Of a DNA stretch of 64,000 nt, positions 1 through 21,100 are shown piece after piece. Numbering within the stretch: position 1 is the first letter of the stretch; every line of letters starts with the position of its first letter. Under the pieces are notes generated by a model that was not told the origin of the DNA, did not search any database, and saw nothing but the letters and a program-made list of their open reading frames with translations. The DNA is from Antedon mediterranea. Taxonomy: Eukaryota > Animalia > Echinodermata. The stretch lies in assembly GCF_964355755.1 (NCBI RefSeq), contig NC_092678.1, positions 7,270,422 to 7,334,421 on the forward strand. The letters are read 5' to 3'. Position numbers and translations under genes: made by a program.

Positions 1-520
1 TTTTATTCTGGTTTATTAAAAACAAAGACATGGCAGTACAAAACTGAATTGCGTCCAGTAACATAAACATAAAAAATATATCAAAAACGAGCAAGATTTA
101 CACAAACATCCAATATAAAAATATATATATATATATACAAAATGCATTAAAAAAAAAATAAAGAATATACAATTACAAATTTACAAAGATATATATCAAA
201 AACGAGCAAAATTACACAACCATCTAATATAAAAATATATATATACACATAAATTCATAAAAAAAAAAAAATAAAGAATATACAATTACAAATTTCAAAA
301 CTGCGAGTAAAATTATTAATTATCCGTAGGCCTATCAAAATTAAGAATTTCATATATATATATTATTGCACTACTGTATAAGGTCATTGTTAATCAGGAA
401 TGGGAGTGTGGATTTCTTAAATCTTTCTGTTCTACATTTAATTTGGGATATTTTGTTTGCGTTTCTGAGAGATCTACCTGTCGCTTCAGCACGGGTATTG
501 GGAATTTTACAATGAATGAA
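1..520 (-). mobile_element. 3' end of a non-LTR retrotransposon (CR1/Rex-group-like), decayed, with tandemly duplicated 3' UTR
   Basis: The minus strand reads IPNTRAEATGRSLRNANKISQIKCRTERFKKSTLPFLIN, resembling LINE ORF2 C-termini. 72-185 is duplicated at ~190-300, and AATAAA lies near position 1 on the minus strand. Confidence 0.5.
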
Positions 521-824
521 ATATTCTCTCCATTCAACGAATACAAAACATTTATTATTTGTTTTAATTTTTATAACCTAATACAAAATATTCATTATTT
601 TTTATTTTTACCTACTTTTATTCAATTTAATCCAACAAACAATTCTCAAAATGTTTACAAAAAGCTGTACATGGTATTAGAACACCTTTATTTTTCACCA
701 TTAGATATCACTTTTTCTAATTTCAAATGACACATGATGCATAATTAAGCAATCAAATTGTAAGAATAAAATATTATGACTGTGTGTTATAAAAATGACA
801 GTTGAATCTATTTAGATGTTAATA

Positions 825-1000
825 TATAAAACAAATAATGAATGTTTTTATATTTGTGTAATGGTACAAATAATGGCATTTGGTGAATGATGAAAGGTTA
901 AATATCAACTCAGCTTTGCCTCGTTAATATAACCTTTCATTATTCACCTCATGCAATTATTTGTACCACACTCATAAAACATTCATTATTTGTATAATAT
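825..1000. mobile_element. Palindromic dispersed repeat with central TCAACTCRGC-TTT-GCCTCGTT hairpin (other copies at 53565-53725 and 63295-63490)
   Basis: Inverted arms GGTGAATGATGAAAGGTTA...TAACCTTTCATTATTCACC. Three copies are visible in the window. Confidence 0.7.
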
Positions 1001-1025
1001 TGCATGTAATTTTAATGTTAAACAG

Positions 1026-10222
<9,197 letters not shown>

Positions 10223-11719
10223 GATCTAGGAGAGTAATTAGATGAGGTCCCCATTTACACTCATGTTACTTTGAAGCAAGCACAAGTAAAAAAAAATGAA
10301 CTGCCATATAATGTATTGTCTATACACTGTAACAATTATTGCACATATAGGTAGTTACTAAAAAATGATTTTAGAAAAACAGAAAGGTAAAATAGTTTTA
10401 AAGATATACAATGAAAATTAATGTAAGTAATGCCACATGTGTACTGTTGTATGAAAACTAAAATTGTGATGGGTTTTTTCAAGCTGAGATTTGACACAAT
10501 ACCTATCATTTGTTAAAAAGCAATTTTAAATATTTGTACCTCTTTCACATTGCCTACCAAAACTCTGAAGTTTACACGTACCCAATACAAACACCAATGT
10601 TGATGCGCAATTGTGTGTATACTTTGAAGGTTTGCTAGTAAATAATACTCTCTTAAAACTAAAATTTTGAATTTCTTTCCCTTGATTAAAATTTGTTAGG
10701 CCAGCTCAATAAGAATAATAAGTTCAACCAATTATGTCTATATTTAAATTCTTATACTGTATATAGCCAAATACTATGATACTGCGTGAATGTGACTTAC
10801 TATATTTAACATCAATCGCAGGATACTGTCACACATGTGATGAATATTTGTATTGTATTATCCTATTTGACTAGATACGACAAAATCGGTTGATCATGGC
10901 CAATATTGTATTATGGTAATTTGGGTCATATTGGCCCCACCCAGTGAGTATTAATGCACGTATCTTAAACATGCTGTAGTAAATACATTTGTAATAATTT
11001 CAAAATTCTTTTTTTTTTTACTTTTATTATTTTCCTTTTCAGCTAATGTTACTAAAATAAGTCCCCAAATCTGTTATGCAATAAACTTGCCTCCTAAACA
11101 TATAAAATAAATAAATGGTAATTCACAATTTAACTTTAAAACGAGTAAAATTGAAAATTATGAGGCCTAAAAAATGGTTGTGCGCCAATAAGTTACATTA
11201 GCTACTATATTTCTTATGAAATTAAAGATATATTGTTCCGCTGAAAAAAAGTTATAAAAAAACTGTTTTGTTCAATATTCCATTTTAATGTCACATAATA
11301 GTGACCAAAATTGCATTAACAAAATTATAATTCAAAGCAAAAAATATATATTATATATATATATATATTGTTTGTTTTGTTCTATGAATGTGAATAACTT
11401 GCAAAATGAATTATACTTCATGTTTTTGGAGGACAATATAGATATTTTTTTTAGATGTTTTATTTTTATTTTTGAGAAATACAGTGGCAGACCAAAAACT
11501 TTTTAGGCCTGATCATAAATTAATTTGCCGTACTTAGAAACTATTATCTATCACTGTATATATTGTATATAAATATTAGGGCTAAAATGGTCTACCTATT
11601 TGGTTGCATATGCTACAGACTTAAATCTATATTGTACTAATAGTGTATCAAATTAACAATAGTAAAGTTAAAATATTTAATATTACTTTGGATCAGTGAA
11701 TACAGTATATATATAGTTA

Positions 11720-11970
11720 GGGATATCCTATTTAGGGACCACTCCTAGTTTGGGATACCCTATTTAGGGACCACTCCTAGTTTGGGATACCCTATTTAGG
11801 GACCACTCCTATTTTGGGACACCCTATTTAGGGACCACTCCTAGTTTGGGATACCCTATTTAGGGACCACTCCTAGTTTGGGATACCCTATTTAGGGACC
11901 ACTCCTAGTTTGGGATATCCTATTTATGGACCACTTCTAGTTTGGAATACCCTATTTAGGGACCACTCCT
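11720..11970. repeat. 32-bp minisatellite (GGGATACCCTATTTAGGGACCACTCCTAGTTT), ~8 copies
   Basis: Direct reading. Confidence 0.95.
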
Positions 11971-12038
11971 TTTCATTGGGCCATGACCCAGACCCTAAAG
12001 GAGAAACACTTTCCCATTAAATGAAATTACTATGTCCA

Positions 12039-12176
12039 ACACCTATTCAGAGGACACACCTATTCAGAGGACACACCTATTCAGAGGACACACCTATTCA
12101 GAGGACACACCTATTCAGAGGACACACCTATTCAGAGGACACACCTATTCAGAGGACACACCTATTAAGGGGATAC
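12039..12176. repeat. 17-bp minisatellite (CCTATTCAGAGGACACA), ~8 copies
   Basis: Direct reading. Confidence 0.95.
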
Positions 12177-13113
12177 TTGAATTTCAAAGGTGTCCGCTCA
12201 GTTATTAATCTCCCATCATAGTAACTTTGAATAACATCCTGCTAATGGTAAATAATTCTTGAAAATTAAGTATACAATAGACAAACAGCAGCAATGTAAA
12301 CCAATAAAAAATAAAGTAGTAGTCATTCGCAACTCTTTTAAATCTGCAACTGTTAAGTTGATATTTAGAAGTTATTGCAGGTGCGGCTATGGTATGGACC
12401 TTTCGCCGTCATCAGGCACAATACTGTGGAATGTTTATAGTCACTAAACATGATACTGTCAAGAATCGACTGCAGCATTTCACAATACACCAAGGACAGT
12501 TTATATAAATATCATAAAACTTATACAGTATTATATTTGATGAATTTACACCAGCTGTTTATTTAGTGTGTACAGTACCCAAGCGTGATGTAATCCAGGC
12601 TGCAAATGTGCCATTTATGTTTCGTCGGTCGAAGCCTGGGCTTATAAACAAAACTTGGTCGTCGGTGTTATATCTTATGTGTCTTTATTGCATCTTTCAT
12701 TGTGTGTACATACAGATTACCAACCATGTGGTTATATCGTCGATCTACCTTAACCCATAATGCCTTGCTTTCCCTTAGTCTCCCAATCCAGACACTACAT
12801 CTTCCCCCTTCTTTAGCTAAACTCACAACCCAATTAACTCCATACAATATGATATTCATTTTTTTTTTTTTAACTTTAACAATAACAAAACAATTTAACT
12901 TTAAACTTTAAATCAAATATCATCATACATGCATATTATAAATGTTTCCTTGATCACATATCATTTCTTATTATTTCCAAGATTCCTATAATATCAATGA
13001 ACAACTTAGCATATAATAGCACTTAAAACTTTCAACATCTTAACGAAATCTCAACTTCTGGTGAACTTTAAAAATTAACATAACTCATAAATATGACTTC
13101 TTAATTTTACACT

Positions 13114-15027
13114 TTAAAAATCATCAAACCTCTTGGGTTTTCTCTTCTCTCTTACTGGTCTGCTTTTAACTATCATATTTTCATTACTCTTTGTTATTTT
13201 GTCACTTTGCTCAGTATCAACTGGCTTATTCTGTTCAGTGTTATCAATCTTACTGTTACCATTAACTTTACTAGTATCAATTTGTTTTAAATTATCATTT
13301 GGTGTGTTAACATTTGCTTCATTTACTCTTTCATTATAGGATCGAACATGTGTCGAATTCCTTTTGTATCTTACACCCTGTGGTGATTCAACCACTACAC
13401 TATTCCCTTTTTTCTCTATTACTACATATGGTTCTGTGTGATATGGCGTACTCATCTTGTCCCTCTGTGTCACTTTCACTAAAACCTTATCTCCTTTACA
13501 CACATCACTTTCCTTCGCACCTCTCTTCTCATCAATGTACAGTTTGTTCTTTAATTTAGACACGGCATCACGATCAGAAATTTCTTCGTCCATTATTGTA
13601 TTGTCATCTAATTCTGGCAATTTTGTACGCAACTTTCTATTCCACATCATTTCTGCTGGTGTCACTCCGGTAACACTATGTGGGGTTGTACGATATGCGA
13701 ATAGGTACACTCGTAATTCTTTTTTCCAGTCTTTTCCTTCAGCTTGCGCAATGCGAATTCTTTTCATTAGTGATCTATTTTGTCGTTCAACCTCTCCGTT
13801 TGCAGCTGGATGTAATGGTGTTACACGTCTATGTCTGATTCCATTTTCCTTCAGGTAGGTTTCAAACTCATTGGACACAAACTGGGCACCATTATCTGAG
13901 GTAATTGATTTTGGTATGCCATGTTGAACAAACATATTTTCAAGTGTGTCTATAATTTTCTCACTTGTGATTGTCTTCATTAAACTAATTTCATAATAAC
14001 GACTATAATAGTCTACCACCACTAGTACATTATCCTTCGATGGAAACGGTCCCAGCAAGTCAATCGAAATATCTTGCCATGGTCCTGTTGGTAGTTGTGT
14101 TGGCTGCAATGGTTCTGGTGCTGGCATCGAACTTGTTATCTGACACTCATGACATGTTTTAACATAGTCTTCCACATTCTTCTCCATCCCAGGCCACCAT
14201 ACCTTGGTTCTAAGCCTTTGCTTGGTTTTGACTATCCCCAAGTGTCCTTGGTGTGCTAATTCAATACACTGTAATCTATATTTTTCTGGAATTACAATCC
14301 TTCTGTTTCTAAGAATTAAATATCCAAAACATGCAAGTTCTTGTTGTATTGCATTATACTGAATCAAGTCTCTGTCCCATTTATCTGTCCGTATACTATT
14401 TCTCACTTTACTCAATTCAGGATCTTCCTTTGATGCCTCTTCAACTTCACGTGATGATAGTGCACATGGGGTTGCATTTGATGCTACCAATCGAATATAC
14501 ATCTCTGTGTCATCACTGTCATTATTCTGTTTGCCATCAGTTTCTATTGGTAACCTTGATAATATATCAGCAATGTTATTCTTACCAGGTACATACTTTA
14601 CTGTATAAGAATAGGACATAAGTCTCATCACCCACCTTTCAATCCGTGCATTTGGTTTAGACTTTGGTCCATACAGGCCTTCGAGTGGTTTATGGTCAGT
14701 TATCAATTCAAACTGTAGTCCATATAAGTAAACATGAAACCTTTCCATAGCCCATACCACTGCCAATGCCTCTTTCTCCGTTGTTGAATATTTCTTTTCA
14801 GTAGCTGATAATGTTCGGCTTGCATAACTTATAACTCTGGTTTCACCATTGTATTTCTGAATTAAAACTCCACCAATGCCTACATTGCTTGCATCTGTCA
14901 CCAACTGAGTACTTTCTGCATCTAATCTGAAATAGCCTAAACATGTTTCATTAGTTAAGCATTTCGTAAGTTTTACATAACTATTTTCTTGTTCAGACCC
15001 CCAATAGAAATTACAATCTTTTCGCAC
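13114..15027 (-). CDS. Gypsy Pol C-terminal part: RNase H and integrase
   Basis: RNase H motifs TDAS, EKEALA, TDHKPL and ADILSR. Integrase HQGH..CHEC zinc finger and IDL/SDNG/VER DDE motifs. The frame is open upstream to ~15145 (PKTAAEVKSFLGLVNF). Confidence 0.93.
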   Translation of the reverse strand: MRKDCNFYWGSEQENSYVKLTKCLTNETCLGYFRLDAESTQLVTDASNVGIGGVLIQKYNGETRVISYASRTLSATEKKYSTTEKEALAVVWAMERFHVYLYGLQFELITDHKPLEGLYGPKSKPNARIERWVMRLMSYSYTVKYVPGKNNIADILSRLPIETDGKQNNDSDDTEMYIRLVASNATPCALSSREVEEASKEDPELSKVRNSIRTDKWDRDLIQYNAIQQELACFGYLILRNRRIVIPEKYRLQCIELAHQGHLGIVKTKQRLRTKVWWPGMEKNVEDYVKTCHECQITSSMPAPEPLQPTQLPTGPWQDISIDLLGPFPSKDNVLVVVDYYSRYYEISLMKTITSEKIIDTLENMFVQHGIPKSITSDNGAQFVSNEFETYLKENGIRHRRVTPLHPAANGEVERQNRSLMKRIRIAQAEGKDWKKELRVYLFAYRTTPHSVTGVTPAEMMWNRKLRTKLPELDDNTIMDEEISDRDAVSKLKNKLYIDEKRGAKESDVCKGDKVLVKVTQRDKMSTPYHTEPYVVIEKKGNSVVVESPQGVRYKRNSTHVRSYNERVNEANVNTPNDNLKQIDTSKVNGNSKIDNTEQNKPVDTEQSDKITKSNENMIVKSRPVREKRKPKRFDDF

Positions 15028-15085
15028 TAGTCGTCTTAAGGGTTCCGCAACTGTAGCTAAATTTGGAATGTATCGTGCTGAGAAG

Positions 15086-17134
15086 TTAACTAGACCTAAG
15101 AAACTTTTTACTTCTGCAGCTGTTTTTGGTCTCTTTGATTCTGTTTGCTGACAATATGTGACCCATGAATGTTATCTGTGATACAGAAAATTGACACTTA
15201 TCCTTGTTGAGAGTCAAATTCTTTTCTTTAAATTTCTCAAGCACTACACGAAGTCTGTCATCATGTTCAGTCTGTGTTCTCCCGTGTACAACAATGTCAT
15301 CTGATATGTTAGCTACACCTTCGCATCCACTCAGCGTCTGACTGATTACTCTTTGGTACTTTTCAGGGGCAGCATTTATCCCGAACATCAACCTTTTGTA
15401 GCGATAAAGACCTTTGTTAGTTATGAAAGTTGTGATGTTTCGTGATTGCTCATCTAATTCAATTTGGTGATAGCCGTAATTCATGTCTAATTTAGAGAAC
15501 ACTGTACTTTGATTCATTTCATACAACACTTCATCAACTGTTGGGATTGGATGCCTCTCCCTTTTAACTGCTCGGTTGGCCTGCCTCATATCTACGCAGA
15601 GGCGTATATCCCCATTTGGTTTTGGCACTACTATGACTGGACTTACCCAATCACTTGGTTCGTCTACCCTTTCAATTATGTCAAGAGATTCTAACTCATC
15701 TAATTTATCACTCACTTTATCTTTGAGACTAAACGGTATTCTATACATGCTCTGAACAACTGGTGTTAACTGTTCATCAATAAATAAATGTAACTTATAA
15801 TCTTTTAATTTACCAATACCTTCAAATACCTGTGTATACTTATCTTGTACACTATTTATCACTTGTGGTATTACAATATTTAACACTCCAAGCTTCATTG
15901 CAGTATCACCTCCCAACAAAGCAGGGCCTTTCCCTTTTAACACATATACATCTGCTGTTATTTTAGGCTCAGTATTATTACCTGTACCTTGAAAAATTGA
16001 CATGTTCGTAGTAAATTTTCCTAACAACTCTAATGGTTTTTCTGACCCATATGCATATAACTTTCTGTTTGTCAACTCAGATTTGCATTTAATTTTCTTG
16101 GATTTTAACTGTTGCCATAAATACTGATCTATGATATTAACTGTAGCACCACTATCAACAATCATTTCTACCTTATGTACATCCATACAAACATTTATCT
16201 TTGTAGTTTTAGAATTATTATTTTGTATACCAAAAGCATAGTCATCGTCTTCACTTCCATTTTGAACATTACTAATACCACTACTCTTTTTGTCTTTACC
16301 TAATTTAGTTTTGCAACAAATAGCAAAATGTCCCAAAATTTTACATTTATTACATTTCTTGTCTCTTGCAGGACAACATTTATCCTTAGCCAAATGTCCT
16401 TCTCTTCCACAGCGAAAGCATTTCCGGTTATCTTGTCTATCATTGAACTTTGACTTACTTGTTCTGTTAGGCCTACCACTTGAATTTCCAGCTTGGTACC
16501 TGTTTCTGCTCGTCGTGCTTGATCTTGACCATCTCTCATTCCTCACTGCATTCATGTTTGTTGTTTCCACTCCATTAACTTCTTGTGACATCTCCTTTGC
16601 TTGCTTCTCACTCATTTCAAATGTGCTAGCTATTGCTTTTAAATTGGTTAATTTCAAAGTATTTCCTTTTTCTAGCAATTTTAGTCTCAGTCTATTTGAT
16701 TTGCATTTTTCAATAACATGGTCTCTAATTAACTCATCAACATTCGCATCATCAAATTCACATTTTGCAGCCTGCTGCCTCAATCTGTTTATAAATTGGT
16801 GAATTGTTTCGTCATCACCTTGCGTCAGTTTTCTAAAACAATAACGCTCATACGGTACGTTGGTTTTCATAGCAAATTGTTTATTTAATGTGTTTACAAC
16901 AACATCATACTCATCTGTTCCGTTCTCCTCTGTTAAACAGTCATATATGTCCTGTACAGCCATTCCGGAGCAATGCAATAACAAAGCTTTCTTTTGGTTT
17001 TTGTCTACTACTCCTTTACCAGTAGCATATAATTCAAAACTGCGAAGCCATTTCTTCCACCGTTCAGCCGAAGCGTGCACATCGTGTGGATCATACGCAG
17101 CGATTCCAGTGATTTCAACGTTTACAGCGGTCAT
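15086..17134 (-). CDS. Gypsy Gag-protease-RT (truncated by a frameshifting deletion near 15145)
   Basis: Two zinc knuckles (CFRCGREGH..C and CNKCKILGH..C), protease IVDSGA, and RT motifs CVDMR, KLDM..GYHQI, MFG and ISDD. Confidence 0.92.
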   Translation of the reverse strand: MTAVNVEITGIAAYDPHDVHASAERWKKWLRSFELYATGKGVVDKNQKKALLLHCSGMAVQDIYDCLTEENGTDEYDVVVNTLNKQFAMKTNVPYERYCFRKLTQGDDETIHQFINRLRQQAAKCEFDDANVDELIRDHVIEKCKSNRLRLKLLEKGNTLKLTNLKAIASTFEMSEKQAKEMSQEVNGVETTNMNAVRNERWSRSSTTSRNRYQAGNSSGRPNRTSKSKFNDRQDNRKCFRCGREGHLAKDKCCPARDKKCNKCKILGHFAICCKTKLGKDKKSSGISNVQNGSEDDDYAFGIQNNNSKTTKINVCMDVHKVEMIVDSGATVNIIDQYLWQQLKSKKIKCKSELTNRKLYAYGSEKPLELLGKFTTNMSIFQGTGNNTEPKITADVYVLKGKGPALLGGDTAMKLGVLNIVIPQVINSVQDKYTQVFEGIGKLKDYKLHLFIDEQLTPVVQSMYRIPFSLKDKVSDKLDELESLDIIERVDEPSDWVSPVIVVPKPNGDIRLCVDMRQANRAVKRERHPIPTVDEVLYEMNQSTVFSKLDMNYGYHQIELDEQSRNITTFITNKGLYRYKRLMFGINAAPEKYQRVISQTLSGCEGVANISDDIVVHGRTQTEHDDRLRVVLEKFKEKNLTLNKDKCQFSVSQITFMGHILSANRIKETKNSCRSKKFLRSS

Positions 17135-18075
17135 CGTTACAACAGTATTAAAACAAATATATCGCCAAAAATTACAGTATTGAAACTTCTAATCACTTGT
17201 GGTTCGATATTCTCCTTAACTCGTCGCCAATGTTATATCTTATGTGTCTTTATTGCATCTTTCATTGTGTGTACATACAGATTACCAACCATGTGGTTAT
17301 ATCGTCGATCTACCTTAACCCATAATGCCTTGCTTTCCCTTAGTCTCCCAATCCAGACACTACAGTCGGCCATTGCTAGTGGTTTTTCCAAAGTGGGTGA
17401 AAACTGTTGAAATTGGATACACATTATTACTGTAACAACGTCTATGTGTTTATCAAATATATTGGTAGTGTGTGTTTAGCAATCTGCTGGGCGATATAAA
17501 TTATTTTAATATTCTTTCGTCAATGCCTATATGCTGTGAAAACTATCTATACAATTGTGAAAATGTCATGTTCAGCCTGAATAGGTTTATAATGTAAAAT
17601 ATCATGGGGAAATAAAGATGAAAAGCAGACTTTTTATATAATTATGTGTATTAGGGCCAGCTTGCCAATTTTATTTTACAACTTTAATATTCAAAAATGT
17701 TTCAAATCAGAAAAAATGTCACCGTACAGTAAAAAAAATTATTTGCATAATCTCAAATAAACACAAACATACATTTAATTTATCGGATTTTTAGACATTA
17801 AAACTTCTTTATACATTGAGTGGTTATTTAATTATTGTAATAAAATGGTTTTTGAAGAAAATATTTTCTTTAATAACATTTAAAAATTTTAAAATTCAAA
17901 CAGGAAAAAAAAAAACTTTTTGTGCATTGCAGCAGCATACGTGTTTTCATAAAAGTTTTTTCTACGTACACGGCCGCGGTATACTCAGATGTACCAAATT
18001 GGTAGGTTTAGAATGTGCGATTTTTAACCACAGTACGACTGTACAAAAGTCTAGAAGGAAGAACAACACTCTACA

Positions 18076-18081
18076 CACGTG
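18076..18081. promoter_or_regulatory. Canonical E-box CACGTG ~90 bp upstream of the GNL3 ATG
   Basis: The motif is present. Ribosome-biogenesis genes including nucleostemin are known Myc targets; function here is inferred. Confidence 0.4.
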
Positions 18082-18166
18082 TTTTTTCGTAGGAAACCAC
18101 ATTCAACCATTTTGGATTGTTTGCGTCGACGTGACAAATAATTTAGGCCCAAAAATAATTGTTATA

Positions 18167-21100
18167 ATGGTTAAAAAAGGAAGACCAAGTGAGTATTTTT
18201 GTGATAATTAATATTCAGGCTAGGCATAGGCTTCTATAAATTCATCATCATACACTAGGCCTAGCCTAGTTTAGGCCTTTAGTTTAGGCTTAGCTAAATA
18301 AGCTTACTATACTACTACTAGCTAGGCCTAGGTAGGGGTGTGTCGAAAGCGAAGACCTCGAAAGCGAAGATCGAAGACCGAAGACCTCGAAAGCGAAGAC
18401 CCTACGAAATGGTAGTGTGCACAAAATCCGACCAAAATCATACAAAATCGTGATAACACCTTGAATTTACAGATCCTGAAAAAATATTTCAATTTTAATC
18501 GTTATATTATAAAAAATCATGACTTTATCTATGAACAAGCTCACGTGTTTTCGCCAATGGAGTTAATATGTGATATAGTTTTAGGGTGTGTCGAAAGCGA
18601 AGACCTCGAAAGCGAAGATCGAAGACCGAAGACCTCGAAAGCGAAGACCCTACGAAATGGTAGTGTGCACAAAATCCGACCAAAATCGATGATAACACCT
18701 TGAATTTACAGATTCTAAAAAAATATTTCGATTTTAATCGTTATGTTATCAAAAAAAATGACTTTATCTATGAACAAGCTCACGTGTTTTCGCCAATGGA
18801 GTTAATATGTGATATAGTTTTACGAACAAACACATCGCGCTATTTGCAAGGCGACGGACACACAAGAAGGACCTCGAATTGAATGCAATATTAAATGTCA
18901 CTTTTTCCGATAACTTTGTATTGTAGCACACGTCGCCTACAATTTAAAGCCATAGCCAACTGTATAGAAAAGTATAGAAATAAACTACAGTAAAGTAAAT
19001 AAATTAAAGTAAGTAAATTGTAAGAAGTAAAGGATGGCCATATGCTTATTTAGCCTAATTTTAGAGCCTATATAGGCCTATAAAAAGTGTCCGTATCATA
19101 GATTTTACACTTGTTTTTAAAAATGTTATACGTACGCGTGAATACAACTTAGAGATCCTTTTTTTTGCATTTAAATATTATTATGTTGACGTATGTTTAT
19201 TATCTATAATATTTGCCTATTGTCTAAATGTATGAATAAATACAATAAGATATTTATTTTCCTTTAGTTATTCTGTATAGTATTTTAAACTTGTACATTT
19301 TCCCCATTGTAGCCAATACTACAGTATTACTGATTTAATTATTCGCCAGTTTAAAAATGTTTTTCTTATGTATTCATAATGGAAAAATAATATTATCAGT
19401 ATCGGTTAGTGTGGTTGGCGAAGCGACAGTACTATGTAAAGAAGAAAAATGTAAAATAAATATTTCATTAACCAACGTATGAACTACTAAACGACAACAT
19501 CCTACCGCAACGTATCGTATTGACGCGCGCGCAACATAAGAAATTAATACTCTTCTATCTATTTTTGCATCCCCTCTTACGATCGAGAATCATGATGAAC
19601 GTAAAGCAGTCGGTGTTGAACACGTCGGTTCCCACTTATGATGACACGCAAGTTTGTTCTTAAGGCGCACTTTGCGTCGATCTGGAAACTAATTCCAGCT
19701 CTTAAAATATTTCCCGGGCCAAATTTGGCAGAATATATTCAAATTATGATTTGACAAGAAGTAAAAAGAACGAACGATATAGGCATCAGCGTTCTGCAAA
19801 TTTTGGTTATAAATCGGTCGTTTCCTGCGACATATCATCTGTTTCACGGCTTCCATAATTCCGAATAATTATGCCGGCATTATGTCAACGTTCACAAAGA
19901 CAAAAGCCATTCAAAACAAAGATTGAAATAAAAAATATTCCCTCCAAAATTACAAGTTGCCGATTTTGTTACGGTTGCAATGTGATTAGTGACGATAGTG
20001 TGTTCACGTTTAATTTATTTTTCAATATTAAAACGGGTGTTTATTCATATCGGTAATTACGTTTACCGACACTGTCAAAAGATTAGTTTAATGAAGTTCC
20101 ACTCCCGCCAACCACAATTTTCCTCATCATCAAATAAAAAACTGACTTTTGTTTTCAAGCATTGCCCGTGGTGAATACAAAAAGAGATACTCTCTATAAA
20201 TCTTTATTAAGTGATGGTGAATGTTTATCGGGCTTAACCACTCTAACCCCCAACCTTCTATCTCACAGGCTTGTGGTTGAGACGACTATTCAACAGTCTC
20301 CCGATTTTCAACAGATTGTCGACGTCCCGCTTCTAAATGTTTGCATCCCTGCCATGAGTGTCCATTAACAAAAGAAAACATAAAATTTTAATTAAGAAAC
20401 AGGTTACCGGTTGTTGACCATTTAAATATAGAATTGACACTAATACAAACAAATCTAACAGAATTATACTATTATAACGGGTTAACGATCAAGAAAAATG
20501 TTCAGAGTGTGATGTCTATCGTTCGTTCTACAGTATTAGCCTTTTGTCAAATCATAATTTGAATACAGTATTATTTTTTACTTTGACAATACAAAGATAT
20601 AAAATAAAGTTCCGTTAGTTCACGGTAAGCTATTGGGACGAACTGTCATTGGCCCGGGAAATATTTTAAGAGCTGAAATTGGTTTTCAGATCGACGCAAA
20701 GTGCGCCGTAAGAAAATAACGTTGCGTGTCATCACAAGTGGGAACCGATGTGTTCAACACCATTTCTGCTTTATTACGTTCATCATGATTCTCGATCGTA
20801 AGAGGGGATGCAAAATAGATAGATAGATAGATTTTCTGTTGCGCGCGCCAACGATACGTTGCGGCAGAATTTTTTTTGTTTAGTGGTTCATACGTTGGTT
20901 AATGAAATATTTATTTTCCAAAAAAGGAAAATAAATATTTCATTAACCAAAAAAAATTTACATTTTTCTTTACATCATCTGTCGCTTCTCCAACCACACT
21001 AAATATTCTGATACTGATATAGGCCCTATTATTTGTCTATTATGAATACATTAGAAAACATTTTGAAACTGGCGATTAAGTAAAATAGCAATAGTTACAA

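Larger units (their letters stand above)
12666..17364 (-). mobile_element. Full-length Ty3/Gypsy LTR retrotransposon, Mag/SURL-like
   Basis: 134-bp TG..CA LTRs at 12666-12799 and 17231-17364 read identical. 5-bp TSD GTCGG at 12661-12665 and 17365-17369. PBS TGGCGACGAG (17220-17229, complementary to the tRNA-Ser(GCU) 3' end). Polypurine tract at 12800-12811. Domain order is gag-PR-RT-RH-IN. Confidence 0.97.

Noticed and set aside
11720-12176. CRISPR-like regular repeats
   Set aside because: Head-to-tail units with no unique spacers, no cas genes, and a eukaryotic context.
15027-15150. Programmed ribosomal frameshift in the Gypsy element
   Set aside because: The break lies within RT and conserved residues are missing, so a deletion explains it better.
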